In this document: positions 51,616-64,000 of the stretch, piece by piece | Numbering within the stretch: position 1 is the first letter of the stretch | Layout: every line of letters starts with the position of its first letter | Source: Octopus sinensis | Taxonomy: Eukaryota | Length of the DNA stretch: 64,000 nucleotides | Assembly: GCF_006345805.1 (NCBI RefSeq) | Contig: NC_043008.1 | Location: 32,736,001 to 32,800,000, forward strand | Direction of reading: 5' to 3' | Translations under genes and position numbers: made by a program | Notes under the pieces: generated by a model | Told to the model about the DNA's origin: nothing | The model's database searches: none | The model's input: the letters and a program-made list of their open reading frames with translations, nothing else

Positions 51616-52721
51616 TTTAATTTTAAAAATTACATTTATTAGAAACAATAGTTACCTACATAATTTCACTCTCTAAAAGAAGAACGATTAATCTTTTTTG
51701 AAGAATTTTTTTTTATTGAATTTTCCTGTTTGCACTTAATACTTTAAAAACTTGGTTAGTATGATGTCAAAGCTGTTTCAGGAAATCAGCACTGAAACCC
51801 AATATTATTCCTGGAGCCATACATAAGAGATTTGAGAACTGGATGCAGCTTCGAACCGTAGATTGACTACTGTTGTTGTAGGTCTTTGATCAGGATTGAA
51901 CTGGAACTGAACAGCACTAGCAGAAGTATCTTTGGTGTGCTTGCATGCATACGTCACTTCTAGGTAATATTATTGATTTAGACGTTCTTTTTAAACTATG
52001 ACAGCTAGCTGAATTTCCTTCTGGAAGTATATAGAGTAGATTGTCTCGACTCAGCACATTACAAGAACTTCTTTTATTGATTCCAGGCAGATAAAACAGC
52101 AAGTTTGGTTCCAACGCTGTCTCAGCTTATAATGTTCTGTTAAAAATTGTATCCGATAATTAGATTTCACAAGCGATTTAAATTTCTTTCTGCACGCGTA
52201 CATGCAAAAAAGTATTATAGGTTTATAAAGATGTATATTATGTAAATTATATTTAATATATCCATAAATATAGAAAGTGTATGTTTAGCACAGACATTCA
52301 TTCAAATGCGCGCGCCCACACATGTACACACACATACATGTGAATATATCTGTGTGTACGTGTGTCTATATGTATATTGGTATATGCGTGTATGTATGTA
52401 TGTATGTATGTATGTATGTATGTATGTATGCATGCATGCATGCATGCATACATAGTTTTATTTTGGGATATTTGTCTCTGATATTTCATAATAAGGCATA
52501 GATTGCATTGTTTTAAACAATATCTAATGGAGTAGATCCGTTAATGATAAAAACTCTGATGTCAGTAGATTTACTTCTCTCTTTCATTTACCAGATATGC
52601 TTCGAGAGTAATGTTTCCTTCAGGAGAAAGATTTTGAGTCCCAAATAGGGGGACTTGAAGATACTGATGTATGTTGATCTTAAAATGAGCCATATTGATG
52701 TGTACTTCGCTACTTTAAACA

Positions 52722-52773
<52 letters not shown>

Positions 52774-53124
52774 ATATTAATGTTTATTATGTGAGATTGT
52801 ATGCATAAACAATTTAACATTTAATCGAAAGATCACTCAATACTTTTAGTAACAGTACATGAGTACATATGTTTCAATATTTACAAGGAAAAGGTTGATA
52901 GTAACTTCGAGGTTTCGGCTTACTTGCTGAAATATATATATACTTGGGTCTAGATAGTCGACTAATATCCTTAAAGGCAGTGCCTCACATGGGCCACAAA
53001 CCAGCGAAAGAATAAAAAAGAAACTTAAACTGAGATAGAAAATTAAAATTAAAAAACTAATAAACTATTTATATTTGAATATCTAGTTATATCTAACTAT
53101 ATATAACTAATCTAGTTATACTCA

Positions 53125-53485
53125 CTGGAGGCGCAATGCCCAGTGGTTGGGGTAGCAGACTCGCGGTCGTGGGATCGCGGTTTCGATTCCCAGATCAGGC
53201 GTTGTGAGTGTTTATTGAGCGAAAACACCTAAAGATCCACGAGGCTCCGGCAGGGGGGGGTGGCGAACCCTGCTGTACTCTTTCACCACAACTTTCTCTC
53301 ACTCTTTGTTTCTGTTGTACCTGTATTTCAAAGGGCCAGACTTGTCACGCTGAATCTCCCCGAGAACTATGTTAAGGTACGCATATCTGTGGAGTGCTCA
53401 GCCACTTACACGTAATTTCACGAGCAGGCTGTTCCGTTGATCGGATCAACTAGAACCCTCATCGTCGTAACCCACAGAGTACCAT
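53125..53485 (+). mobile_element. tRNA-headed SINE, family D
   Basis: GGAGGCGCAATGCCCAGTGGTTGGGGTAGCAGACTCGCGG..GGTTTCGATTCCCAGA; homologous to 9700-9975. Confidence 0.8.
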
Positions 53486-53518
53486 GGTTTGTATTCAATT
53501 ATATATAATTCTCAACTA

Positions 53519-54430
53519 TCAGGTCATCCCATAAGTTCTATCCGATTTTATCTGTTTGAAAATTAAATGAAACTTAAAAGTATTTTAGGATGTCTAATGG
53601 AATTAAAAATTATTTTTATGCATTTGTGTACATTTAAACTAATTAAATATTATTTTACAGGATAATAGAATTAAAATTTCTTTGATTAAAACCCTTTCTA
53701 ACATGGAAGTATCAAAGAGCATTTGAGGCACATAATGCTTTATGAGTACAAAAAAGGAAACTCTGCAGCCGAAGCGACTCGAAACATACACTCAGTTTAT
53801 GGGAAAGAATGCTTGAATAAAAGAACTTGCAGAAGATGGTTCGCAAAATTCAGTGGCTTGGTAAAAGGGAAAAAGCTCAACCACAACCGAGAAGGGAACG
53901 TTATGGGAAAACGTTTCTTCTTTCTATCTGGTGGGATTGCAAAGGGGTAATTCACTTTGAATTGTTACCACCTAATGCAACAATCAATGCTCAAGTCCAC
54001 TGTCAGCAATTAGAGCGTTTGAACCAAGCTTTGAAGAAAAAAGACCCGCTTTAGTGAATTGAAAAGGAATGATGTTTCATCAGGACAATGCACGACCCCA
54101 TAAAGATCACATCACAGAAGATCGAAGAGCTTGGTTGGGAAAAAATTCCTCATCCTCTTTATTCTCCCGACCTTGCTCCTTCAGACTACCATTTGTTTGG
54201 GTGATATAACTTTCGCAAGCCAGGAGGAGGTCAAACCTGACATTTCAGAGTTCTTCGCTTTGAAACAAAAAGATTTTTACATTGATGGGATTAAAAAGCT
54301 AGTAAACAAATGGAAGGAAGTCTTAGATAATCAGGGAAAGTACATTGATAATTAAATTTCAATTAAATATAACATTTGATGACTTGTTTTCTTTATTCAA
54401 AATTCGGACGGAACTTATGGGACGACCTGA
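53519..54430 (+). mobile_element. Internally deleted mariner, 912 bp
   Basis: 27-bp TIRs TCAGGTC(A/G)TCCCATAAGTTC(TA/CG)TCCGA, TA at both ends; MEVSKEHLRHIMLYEYKKG..WFAKF fused directly to W..K..LLSIWWDCKG; HQDNARPH, YSPDLAPSDYHLF. Confidence 0.92.
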
Positions 54431-55268
54431 TATATATAATTTAGTTATATTTAATTAACTGGATGGACTTAACTATATGTTAATAATCTAGTTATATTAA
54501 ACTGTATGTAAATAAATTCATTATATCTAATTCGCTAGTTATATTTAGCTATATATAAATAATCCAGTTATATTCAACTAGTCTAGTAATTGTGAAATCT
54601 CTACGTATTAGAAATTCTTTTATTTCTTTTTTGATGCGTAAGGTTTATAGATCTTCATAACTGTATTTCATTGTATTAAAGGCATAGATTATGTTCCATA
54701 ATTAAAGAAGATGAAGGCATAGCACTCGAACACACTGATAGACAGGGTAACAGAATATTATAAATAATCTTACGAATATGAATCTAGAAATATTTTCGAA
54801 GCCACTAACGTCTCTCTAACGATGTTCAGAAAGTCATGAACAATATATGTATAAATAATATATTCTACATTTTTTTTATCTTTACAATTATCATGCATAA
54901 CACTGAACGTCTGGTAAAATTTTAAATGTTTCACACCTTATCACGTGACATCACCCCTACGACTAATTTGCAACAACTGTCCCCCAGCATCCTTGTCCCG
55001 GCTGTGAACTCCCCTGCTCTCTTTAATACCTCTATTTCAGTTAGATTAAGACATTTTGTATAACTATTCTATAATTCGAGCTAAGCACCTGGATTTGAGC
55101 CTTAAACGATCGGCTTTTTAGGTTACCGTATAATGCCAACCCTGCTCCTACCTGAGACAATCTTTTCTTTCATGCGTCCAGTTTCAGTATAATAAGTTTC
55201 AGTCAAGTGTTGCAGATTTAATATGTGATTTTGTGTAAGAAATCATTATCAATATTCTTGTCGTTGCA

Positions 55269-55730
55269 AGGCGGCGAGCTGGCAGAATTGTTAGAAGGCG
55301 GGGCTAAATGCTTAGCGGCATTTAGTCCATCTTTAAGTTCTGAGTTCAAATTTCGCTGAGGTCGACTTTACCTATCATCCTTCCTGGGTCAATAAAATAA
55401 ATACCAGTTGAGCCCTTGGGTCCGTGTAATCGATTTACACACACCTCCCAGAAATGCTGACCTTGTGCCAAAATTTGAAACCAGTATTCTTGTTGTTGCA
55501 AAGTGGTGAGCCGGCAGAATCGTTAGAAGGCCGGGCAAAATGCTTATCGGCATTTCGTCTGTCTTTACCTTCTGATTTCAAATTTCTTCGTGGTCGATTT
55601 TGCCTGTCATCATTTCCAGGTCGATAAAATAACTACCAGTTGAACACTGGGGTAGATGTAATCGCTCTAAACCCCCACCCCCACCCCACCAAAACTGCTG
55701 GACTTGTACCAAAATTTGAAACCAATATTC
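55269..55730 (+). mobile_element. Two tandem family-A SINEs separated by direct repeats
   Basis: A(A/G)TATTCTTGT(C/T)GTTGCAAG precedes each copy and recurs partially after the second. Confidence 0.85.
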
Positions 55731-56313
55731 TTGTTGTTACTTTTTGTTATCAATAGTGCAGCGAAGGTTTCCACATATTAAGGCTTTGATTTGACTTTTG
55801 TCGACATTTCTAGTATTATTGTATCGGTCTCACGAGGCGGGGGTTAGTTCACTTTCTGTATAATGTTAATACCTTTGGGTAAGTCATGAAAAGCACAACA
55901 TTCATTCATCGTTCAGTCTCAGAAGCTATGGGAATTAATCAGATATGATGATCGGCATCTCTGATCGCCAATGGTCAAACAATTGACTTTATTCATTGCA
56001 ACCAATAATGCTATCATCACCAGAATATATAAAACAGGGCGTATGTGGATGTGTGAGTGTGTGCGCGCGTGTACTTGTGTGTGTGTGATTAGGTGTACGT
56101 TCAGAAGCCCTTACTTCTCCTTCTCCTCCTCCTCCTCCTACAGAAGGTAAAGAGTGAAAAGAAGGAACAGAGGATAACAGATAGAAAGAAAGAGGGCAGT
56201 AACAGAACGTGTCATCAAGATAGAAAGAGCGAAGGAGAGGATATATTTCACTATTACAGTAAAAAAATATATAGCACAGACACACATTTACACAGACATA
56301 CACTTGTGTGTGT

Positions 56314-56351
<38 letters not shown>

Positions 56352-56741
56352 TTCTCTTCTATTTCTATTTGAAGTCTTCCTGTAAGGTGGGAGCTGGTTT
56401 CTAATAAAGGTGTAAAGCTCGATCGTTGGAATGTAGATAACAAAAACTCACATTTTGAACTTGAGAAAAAAATGTCTTGAATATTTCTATTATTTTGCTT
56501 ACACATTGTGTCTGTAATGTACGTGGTTTATTTTTTTGAAAATCCTAGCTTTTTCAGTTTGTCACTTTGGCATTTACTCACAAAACTAAGTGCACCAATT
56601 ATTGAAATATCGGAAAATTTATTAAACTAAGTAAAGAAAATGAAGAATTCGATGTATTTATTCATAATTATCCTCTTTCTCTAAGAGATATTTACATCAG
56701 CAGGGCAGCTGGCTTTTATGACGGTACATACTTCTTCAAGT

Positions 56742-56990
56742 CCAGTGGTTCTCAGCTGGGGGTCTATATGGCCCTTGGGGGCCTATAAAGATTTTGTTGT
56801 TAAAATTTATATGCAGTAAATTGGGTATACTTTTATAATAAGCAAAATATTTCAAAGATTCTTTTCTATTGCTTCTAATAGTATTTGATTATAAAAATAT
56901 ATGATATTTTTAACCATCGAGTGGCTAGGAGGGTTCATCCGAATAAAATAGGAATCAAAGGGGTCTACAAGTAACAAAAAAGTTCAGCAA
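56742..56990 (+). mobile_element. Possible hAT-type MITE, 3' end truncated by a SINE tail
   Basis: Begins CAGTGGTTCTCAGCTGGGGG, resembling hAT/Charlie-type termini; the matching right TIR is not intact. Confidence 0.35.
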
Positions 56991-57247
56991 TAGAAACCGA
57001 TAGATTAAGTACCAGACTTTAAAAATATGTACTGGGGTACTGACAAGAAAACCTCTCAAGGCGTCGACCCAGAATGACCACAGTCCAATGACTGAAACAA
57101 GAGAAAGACAATACATACATACATACATACATACATACATACATACATACATACATACATACATACATACATACATACATACATACATGCATGCATAAAT
57201 GTGTGTGTCTATGTATATATATATATATACACACACAAAATATATGC

Positions 57248-57310
<63 letters not shown>

Positions 57311-57659
57311 GTAGAGAGAGAAAAGGAATAGGCAGAAGATATATCTTTTTATGTCGTTATTAATGACACGAAAGCGCCATGTTATTTGTCGATCTATCAA
57401 ATCTTGCTTGTAATTTCTGATTCCATTCGGGATTTAATGATTAAATGCAAGTAGGCAGGGTAACGACTCTGACTCTTTTCAGAATTCCCTATAGAGCTGG
57501 GAGGATGAGCGAAAGTATCCTCTGTTTGGAGATCTTATCCGAACGTTTTCAATAAAATGAATTCTACAGTTAAACACTTTAGCATGGAAGTGCAATGTTG
57601 ATGTGTTAGGGCCTGGTTTTGGAAAATATTGGATCAGTGTCGTTGGCTTTCATTGCACA

Positions 57660-57838
57660 GATTCATATGTGAAAATAGATAGATTTAGTTCTACTCTGCG
57701 CACCTTGAGCAAATGTCCTCTACAATAACTCCAAGCCGAGCATGCCCCCTGGGTGAATTTGAAAGACGGAAATTGTATGGAAGCCCGTCGTGTTTGTGTA
57801 TATGTGTGCTTGTGTGCGTGCGTGTGAGTGTGTGTGTA

Positions 57839-57907
<69 letters not shown>

Positions 57908-58385
57908 ATGATATATGACTTCGTGTCTGTGTTTGTTACCTCTCCAGCCACTTGGCAGCCGTCGTTGGTGGCTGTGTGGTAAGAAGTTTGCTTCCCAACC
58001 ACAAAGTTCCAGGTTGAGTCCCACTGCACGGCACCTTGGGCAAATGTCTTTTACTATAGCTTCGGGTTGACCAAAAACCTTGTGAGTGGATTTAGTAGAC
58101 GGAAACTGAAAGATGCTCGTCTTAAATGTATTTGTGTGTATGTGCGTGTGTGTGCGTGTTTGTTTGTGTGTGTGTGTATGTGTGTTTGTCCCACACCACC
58201 ACTTGACCATCGGTGTTGGTATATTGACGTCTCCATATCTTGGCAGTTTGGCAAAATACACCGTCAGAATAAGTACCAGGCTTTACAAAATAGTAATAAG
58301 TATTGGGGTCGATTCGTTCGACTAAAAATTCCTCAAGGCGGTGCCCCAGCATGACCGCAGTCAAATGATTGAAACAAGTAATAGA
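57660..58385 (+). mobile_element. Two family-B SINEs in tandem (57660-57960 partial, 57965-58385 complete)
   Basis: Head, CORE-like block and (GT)n occur twice, followed by one tail. Confidence 0.8.
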
Positions 58386-58958
58386 TTTATGTTAACTTAG
58401 TGGTTCAGCTAAAGAGACCAATAGATTAAGCATCACATTTTTTTAAAAAAGAGTCTTAGGCCCTGGGAATGATTAGTTCGACTAAAACCCTCCCAGACAG
58501 GGTCCAAGCATGATCGCAATCCAATGACTGAAACAAGTAAACTATAAAGGGTAAAAGATAAAAGCACGCAAAAATTGGGTGGTTGTGTTAAGCCAGGTGC
58601 CGTTTTAAGTCTACTATCATTTCTTGTATAGCTGACAGATAAACATAGTGACCTCATAAATCAAACGATTAAATGTTTTTGTGCGTGTGTTGAGGACTAC
58701 CAAAGTATATATCAAAGGGACAAGATGAAGATTGAGTGGGAAAAATTAATGGGTTCACATTAATTTGTGACATAAATGAATAGCACAATCGGTAGAGCGG
58801 CAAGCAAAATGTGAATCTATGTTCTGAGTTCAAATATCGTCTATGTTAACTATGTATATCAATCAAGTTAAGCACTGGGGACGATTTAATTGATCATCTT
58901 TACCCCCTCATCTCCCTAAATTAAAAAAAGCATTATATCGTCATCGTCATCGTCGTCA

Positions 58959-58992
<34 letters not shown>

Positions 58993-59175
58993 GGAGGAGG
59001 AGGAGGAGGAGGAGGAGGAGGACAACGTACGCAAGATGGTTTGTGTATTTAGTACGTTCTTGTACGCTATGAGTGCAAACCCAATTTTGATGACGTCTTT
59101 CATCCTCCAAATTCCAGAGTCGAATAAATGAACTATATTCACCAATAAAGCTTACTCCTCATTGCCAGTAAAAGA

Positions 59176-59226
<51 letters not shown>

Positions 59227-59267
59227 GTTATTGTTGTTGTTGTTGTTGTTGCTGTTATCATTATTAA

Positions 59268-59420
59268 AGCGGCGAACTGGAAGAATCATTAGAACGCCGG
59301 GTGAAATGCTTAGTGGTACTTCGTCTGAGTTCAAATTCCGCCGAGTTCGACTTTGCCTTTCATCCTTTCGGGGTCGATAAATTAAGTACCAGTTGCGTAC
59401 TGGGGTCGATCTAAACGAAC
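59268..59420 (+). mobile_element. SINE family A after an (ATT)n/(GTT)n run
   Basis: GCGGCGAACTGGAAGAATCATTAG..GAGTTCAAATTCCGCCGAGTTCGACTTTGCCTTTCATCCTTTCGGGGTCGATAAATTAAGTACCAGTT. Confidence 0.85.
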
Positions 59421-60016
59421 TTGAGACCTTGAGCTTCCAGTAGAAAGGATTATTATTGTTATCATTATTGAGTGAGAGTGCAATGCATGCCATCAAAGTA
59501 ACACTGGGATAATATACGAAACCCAGTATATCCATCATGGATATACTGATAAGGTCAGACCAGGCACATGCATTACAATCATGTGTGCGCGACACGATGA
59601 TCCTCATATCAAGATAAACAGCGCACGACCTTGCAGATGGGGCCCAGCTGGTTGAGTAGCCCATCCCACACAAAAGGTCCCTGAATAAGGGTTGTTTAAG
59701 GATGTTAAACGAAACACCCAAAAATTCCTCTCAACGCATGACTATAATATTCCCCCACTATTTCTGCTCGAGATCAGAGATGCACATATCGTCAGCCACT
59801 AAGGAATATAATCTATTGGTTAAGGTCAACAACTAACAAGCAAATCTATGGTATTGAGCAGAATATTTGCTGTAGCCCATTTTTTATGCCAAGACAAAAC
59901 AACGTACATGATAACACTTCCAATTAGTTAAGATCAGAAGCCATGTGAGCCACTGCCTGATACTGCATCTATCATCATCATCATCATCATCATCATCATT
60001 ATTATTATTATTATTA

Positions 60017-60126
<110 letters not shown>

Positions 60127-60147
60127 TCATCATCATTATTATTATTA

Positions 60148-60185
<38 letters not shown>

Positions 60186-60197
60186 TATTATTATTAC

Positions 60198-60401
60198 GGC
60201 GGCGAGCTGGCAAAATCGTTAGCCGGGCGAAATACTATCTGTATTTCGTCTGCTGCTACGTTCTAAGTTCAAATTCCGCCGAGGTCGACTCTGCCATTAA
60301 TCCTTTTGGAGTCGATAAATTAAGTACCAGTGAAACACTGGGGTCGATGTAATCGACTAGTCCCCTCCCTCAAAATAGCTGCCCCTGTGGCAAAATTTGA
60401 A

Positions 60402-60454
<53 letters not shown>

Positions 60455-60900
60455 GGCGGCTATCTGCTATCTTGTTGAACTGTTAACCCGGTGGACAAAA
60501 TGCTTTGGGGCATTTTGTCTGTCTATACGTTCTGATTTCAAATTCCAACGAAGTCGACCTTGCCTTTCATCTTTTCGATGTCGATAAAATGAGCATCAGT
60601 TAATGACTGGAGTTGATGAAATCGTCTAACTTCCTCCGCCAAAATTTCAGGCCTTGTTCATACAGTAGGAAGTATAATTTATATTATCAAAGGTGGCGAG
60701 CCGGCAGAATCATTAGTATACCGGTTAAAATGCTCACGGCATTTCGTCCGTTTTTACGTTGTGAGTTTAATTCTTCCGGAGTCGAAGTTGCTTTTCATCC
60801 TTTCGGGGTCGATAAAATAAGTACAAGTTGATCCCTGGGGTCTAACTAATTGATTTACCCCCTCCCGAAGTTACTGGCCGGTGCCAAAATTTGAAACCAT
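60198..60900 (+). mobile_element. Three family-A SINEs head-to-tail (about 60198, 60455, 60691), the first two each preceded by (ATT)n
   Basis: Three heads GGCGGCGAGCTGGC/AAGGCGGC/GGTGGCGAGCCGGC, each followed by the central domain. Confidence 0.85.
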
Positions 60901-61719
60901 TATCAGAAATCATTGACAATATCAGAGCAATAGATGACAGAATGTGTACAGCACCAAAGAATAGCCTTCCGATATTATTCAATTATATCCCATTAAGTTC
61001 TGGGTTATAGTATGGCTTTTTCTTTCTTTGTTTCTTTCCTTGTTTCTTTCTTTCTTACTTTCTTACCTTGTTTGTTTCTTTCTTCTTTCACCCACCCACT
61101 AATCTAATCTATTTCAATTGTGCCTCCGCCATATTGCTGTTTGATCAAACACTAAAGCGTAACAATGATTCAGTAGCGCATATAATGTTTTCGTTCTGTT
61201 TGAATAGATGATCTGATAGCCGTAGTTATATGAATATATTTAGATCCAATTGGAATCATTTCTGATATTCTCCTCTCTGGCAACACTACTCTTCAGAATC
61301 TGTAATACATAAATATTTCGGAGGTGAATTACAAACGTAGAGTCTGCCAATTATGCTATTATCTTTTAATCACCTATATTCTGCAGTAAAATGCATAAAG
61401 GAAGAAAAATATATGTATATTCTATGCCAAGTTGTCAAGGGAGCTTCTTCAAATATTCAGCACAGCATTCGAACGTCCCTTTTAAAAATGAATAAACGTC
61501 TGCTGCAAGAGAAACAAGGGAGATATGGGTAACTTGTATAGGGTAAGTTGACCCACCAGAAATAGTTGCCAAATTTTCCTCAGGCCCCAGGTTACTTTAC
61601 AATACTACTGATATCACTGTATTACTGTATCAATATATCGACCAGACTATCGAATGTTGTTATTACACCACTGATCACGATGCGTCTTCTCACATTATTG
61701 TAGCTTTCGAATGATGCTT

Positions 61720-61915
61720 CCTCGCTGCATAGAACATTGTTCCCCTGAACAGAACGCCAGGCCGTCGCAGGTTTACCCTTTTACAGCTGAGAGAACTGGA
61801 GCAACGTGAAATGAAGTGTTTTACTCAAGAACACAACGTGACACCGGTCTGGTAATTGAAATTATGATCCTGCGATCATGAGCGCAATACCTTTACCACT
61901 AGGCCATGCGCTTTC
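61720..61915 (-). mobile_element. SINE family C
   Basis: ACAGCTGAGAGAACTGGAGCAACGTGAAATGAAGTGTTTTACTCAAGAACACAAC..TACCACTAGGCCATGCGC on the plus strand, the reverse complement of family C. Confidence 0.75.
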
Positions 61916-62149
61916 ATATGTTGGATGATATAATATTAAATACGATATACTGTAGCTGAAAATTTGCCTAGATGGTCATTGTTGGATTTCCGTTAATCGT
62001 TGGTGAGCTTGATTCGGGAGAGTTGGGGTTAAACAACAAGGATTGTTTTTTTTGAAATCATCCTAATGTGAATCTATGGAACAACACAAATTTATGATGC
62101 CTCACGGCGATATTCAACAGTTTGTTACTTTCAATTCTTGCTACCATAC

Positions 62150-62257
62150 TGTTCACCGCCATTTCTTTAACTAATAGACGAGACAGAGCTAGAATAAGTG
62201 AAACGAAGGCTATGTCGGTTCCTTTATCAATTTCAGAATAACAACACAGAACGTTGC
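62150..62257 (-). CDS. Exon A of the SEFIR-like gene (108 nt; alternative donor gives 62129, 129 nt)
   Basis: GCGTGCAG|GCAAC; NVLCCYSEIDKGTDIAFVSLILALSRLLVKEMAVN resembles SEFIR box 1 (V-F-I-x-YS..V-x-x-LA-x-FL). Phase-1 donors AACA|GTATGG or GAAA|GTAACA are both weak. Confidence 0.45.
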
Positions 62258-62429
62258 CTGCACGCATATATATCAATATATTAACCACTCAACCACTACA
62301 ATTTCTCTTCTTTTGTATCAAAACGTATTTTCAAGTTAAGCTGCCTTACAGTTTTGTCATTTTCTTTTTCTGAAGAAATTTTCGCTCTTACTATTGTCAT
62401 ATTGTTCCTGATAAAGGCATAAGACCAAC

Positions 62430-62620
62430 AGTTTTGAAGGGAGTGGGGCTAATCGATATAATCGATCCAACGTATAATTGAGACTTTATTTTATCAATCC
62501 TAGAAGGAATGACAGGTAAACTTAAACTCGGTGGGATTTGAACTCAGAACATAAAGAAATTCCGGGAGAAATACAACAAAACCTTTTATCCAACACTCTA
62601 ACTGTTGCACCAGCTCTCCA
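62430..62620 (-). mobile_element. SINE family A (diverged)
   Basis: Reverse complement GGAGAGCTGG..GTTCTGAGTTCAAATCCCACCGAG..GATAAAATAAAG. Confidence 0.7.
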
Positions 62621-63059
62621 CTTTTCTTATTTTGCACTATATAGAAAGGTCAGTTTATCTTTCTAGCCATCAGTTACATTTAAATATTAGCCATGCTGCT
62701 TGAGTAAGACAGTCACGTATCTCACTTCCGTTTCAACCAATTAAACTATACAAGTGAAAATTAGCTGGTAGCATGTAAACATTGAATTGTTGAGAGATAT
62801 TCAGAGAGGGAAAGGAAGGAACGAGGGAGAGAGAGAGATATTAACTGAATCAAGGGGAGAAAAAGAGAGAAAAAGATAGATAGATAGATAGACATACAGA
62901 AAGACACACAGAGAACCGGAGAGACAGACACATACATACGTACGTACGTACACACATACATACATGCATACATATGACAATTTATAGAGAGTCGTATGCA
63001 TGCAGGTATATATATATTATTACAAACATTAATGCATGCATACATATGTATATACATGC

Positions 63060-63643
<584 letters not shown>

Positions 63644-63895
63644 TCAGAAAAGTGACAATGAGATGAAAGCGATATTTTTTTAAAGGAGAACGAAGCGGCA
63701 ATCTAAGATGGAGATAAAGACAGGAATCACTTTTAAATTACTCACATTACTAAAATAGTTTCATAAATAAGATTTATATATTTTTAGACAGAAAAGAGAT
63801 TGGTTAACACTTAATAACATTTGCTCTGCTTATAGTGAAGAGCATATTGAAATGTAAATCTGCAACATGCATACTAACTGGCGCCATCATCTTAC

Positions 63896-63967
63896 CGACT
63901 TGGCTATTAGAGGGGCAATTCACATCTTTTTAGTAGAAGAAACATGTCGTGAACATCTGGTAAACAT
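63896..63967 (-). CDS. Candidate exon upstream of exon A (72 nt, phase 1-1, one in-frame TAA)
   Basis: Strong acceptor TTTTGATTTTTGTTGCTTTGTTCTGAACCTCAG| and donor GTCG|GTAAGA; reads (D)VYQMFTTCFFY*KDVNCPSNSQV(G) in the frame of exon A. Confidence 0.4.
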
Positions 63968-64000
63968 CTGAGGTTCAGAACAAAGCAACAAAAATCAAAA

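Noticed and set aside
51830-52136. Minus-strand exon candidates (EHYKLRQRW.., EVTYACKH..)
   Set aside because: Every frame hits a stop or ends in a phase incompatible with exons A and B.

Overview
AT-rich, microsatellite-saturated animal genomic DNA. The SINE families, (CA)/(TA)/(CATA)/(GATA)/(ATT) density and long introns point to a coleoid cephalopod, most likely Octopus (inference, no database check). Almost all ORFs in the supplied track are microsatellite artefacts. The main genic signal is a minus-strand gene rebuilt by hand from four phase-compatible exons (62257-62150, 42995-42870, a 28-nt microexon 34313-34286, and 34069-33598). Its ~245-aa product looks like a SEFIR domain (IL-17 receptor / Act1 type), and its 5' end lies beyond the window. 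The gene has three oddities: an upstream exon with one in-frame TAA, a protein-like C-terminal tail in an overlapping frame, and an antisense CCAAT/E-box/TATA promoter with a first-exon candidate inside one intron. Mobile DNA includes three mariners, a Tx1/L1-clade LINE joined to a restriction-like-endonuclease (RLE) LINE remnant, (CATA)n-associated RLE copies, an RTE fragment, a non-autonomous Helitron, MITEs/foldbacks, at least four tRNA-headed SINE families, and Penelope-type hammerhead ribozyme motifs (one near-canonical at 23462-23581). Protein family calls come from motif recognition by eye. Repeat boundaries are approximate (about 10-30 nt) unless TIRs, TSDs or splice sites are quoted.
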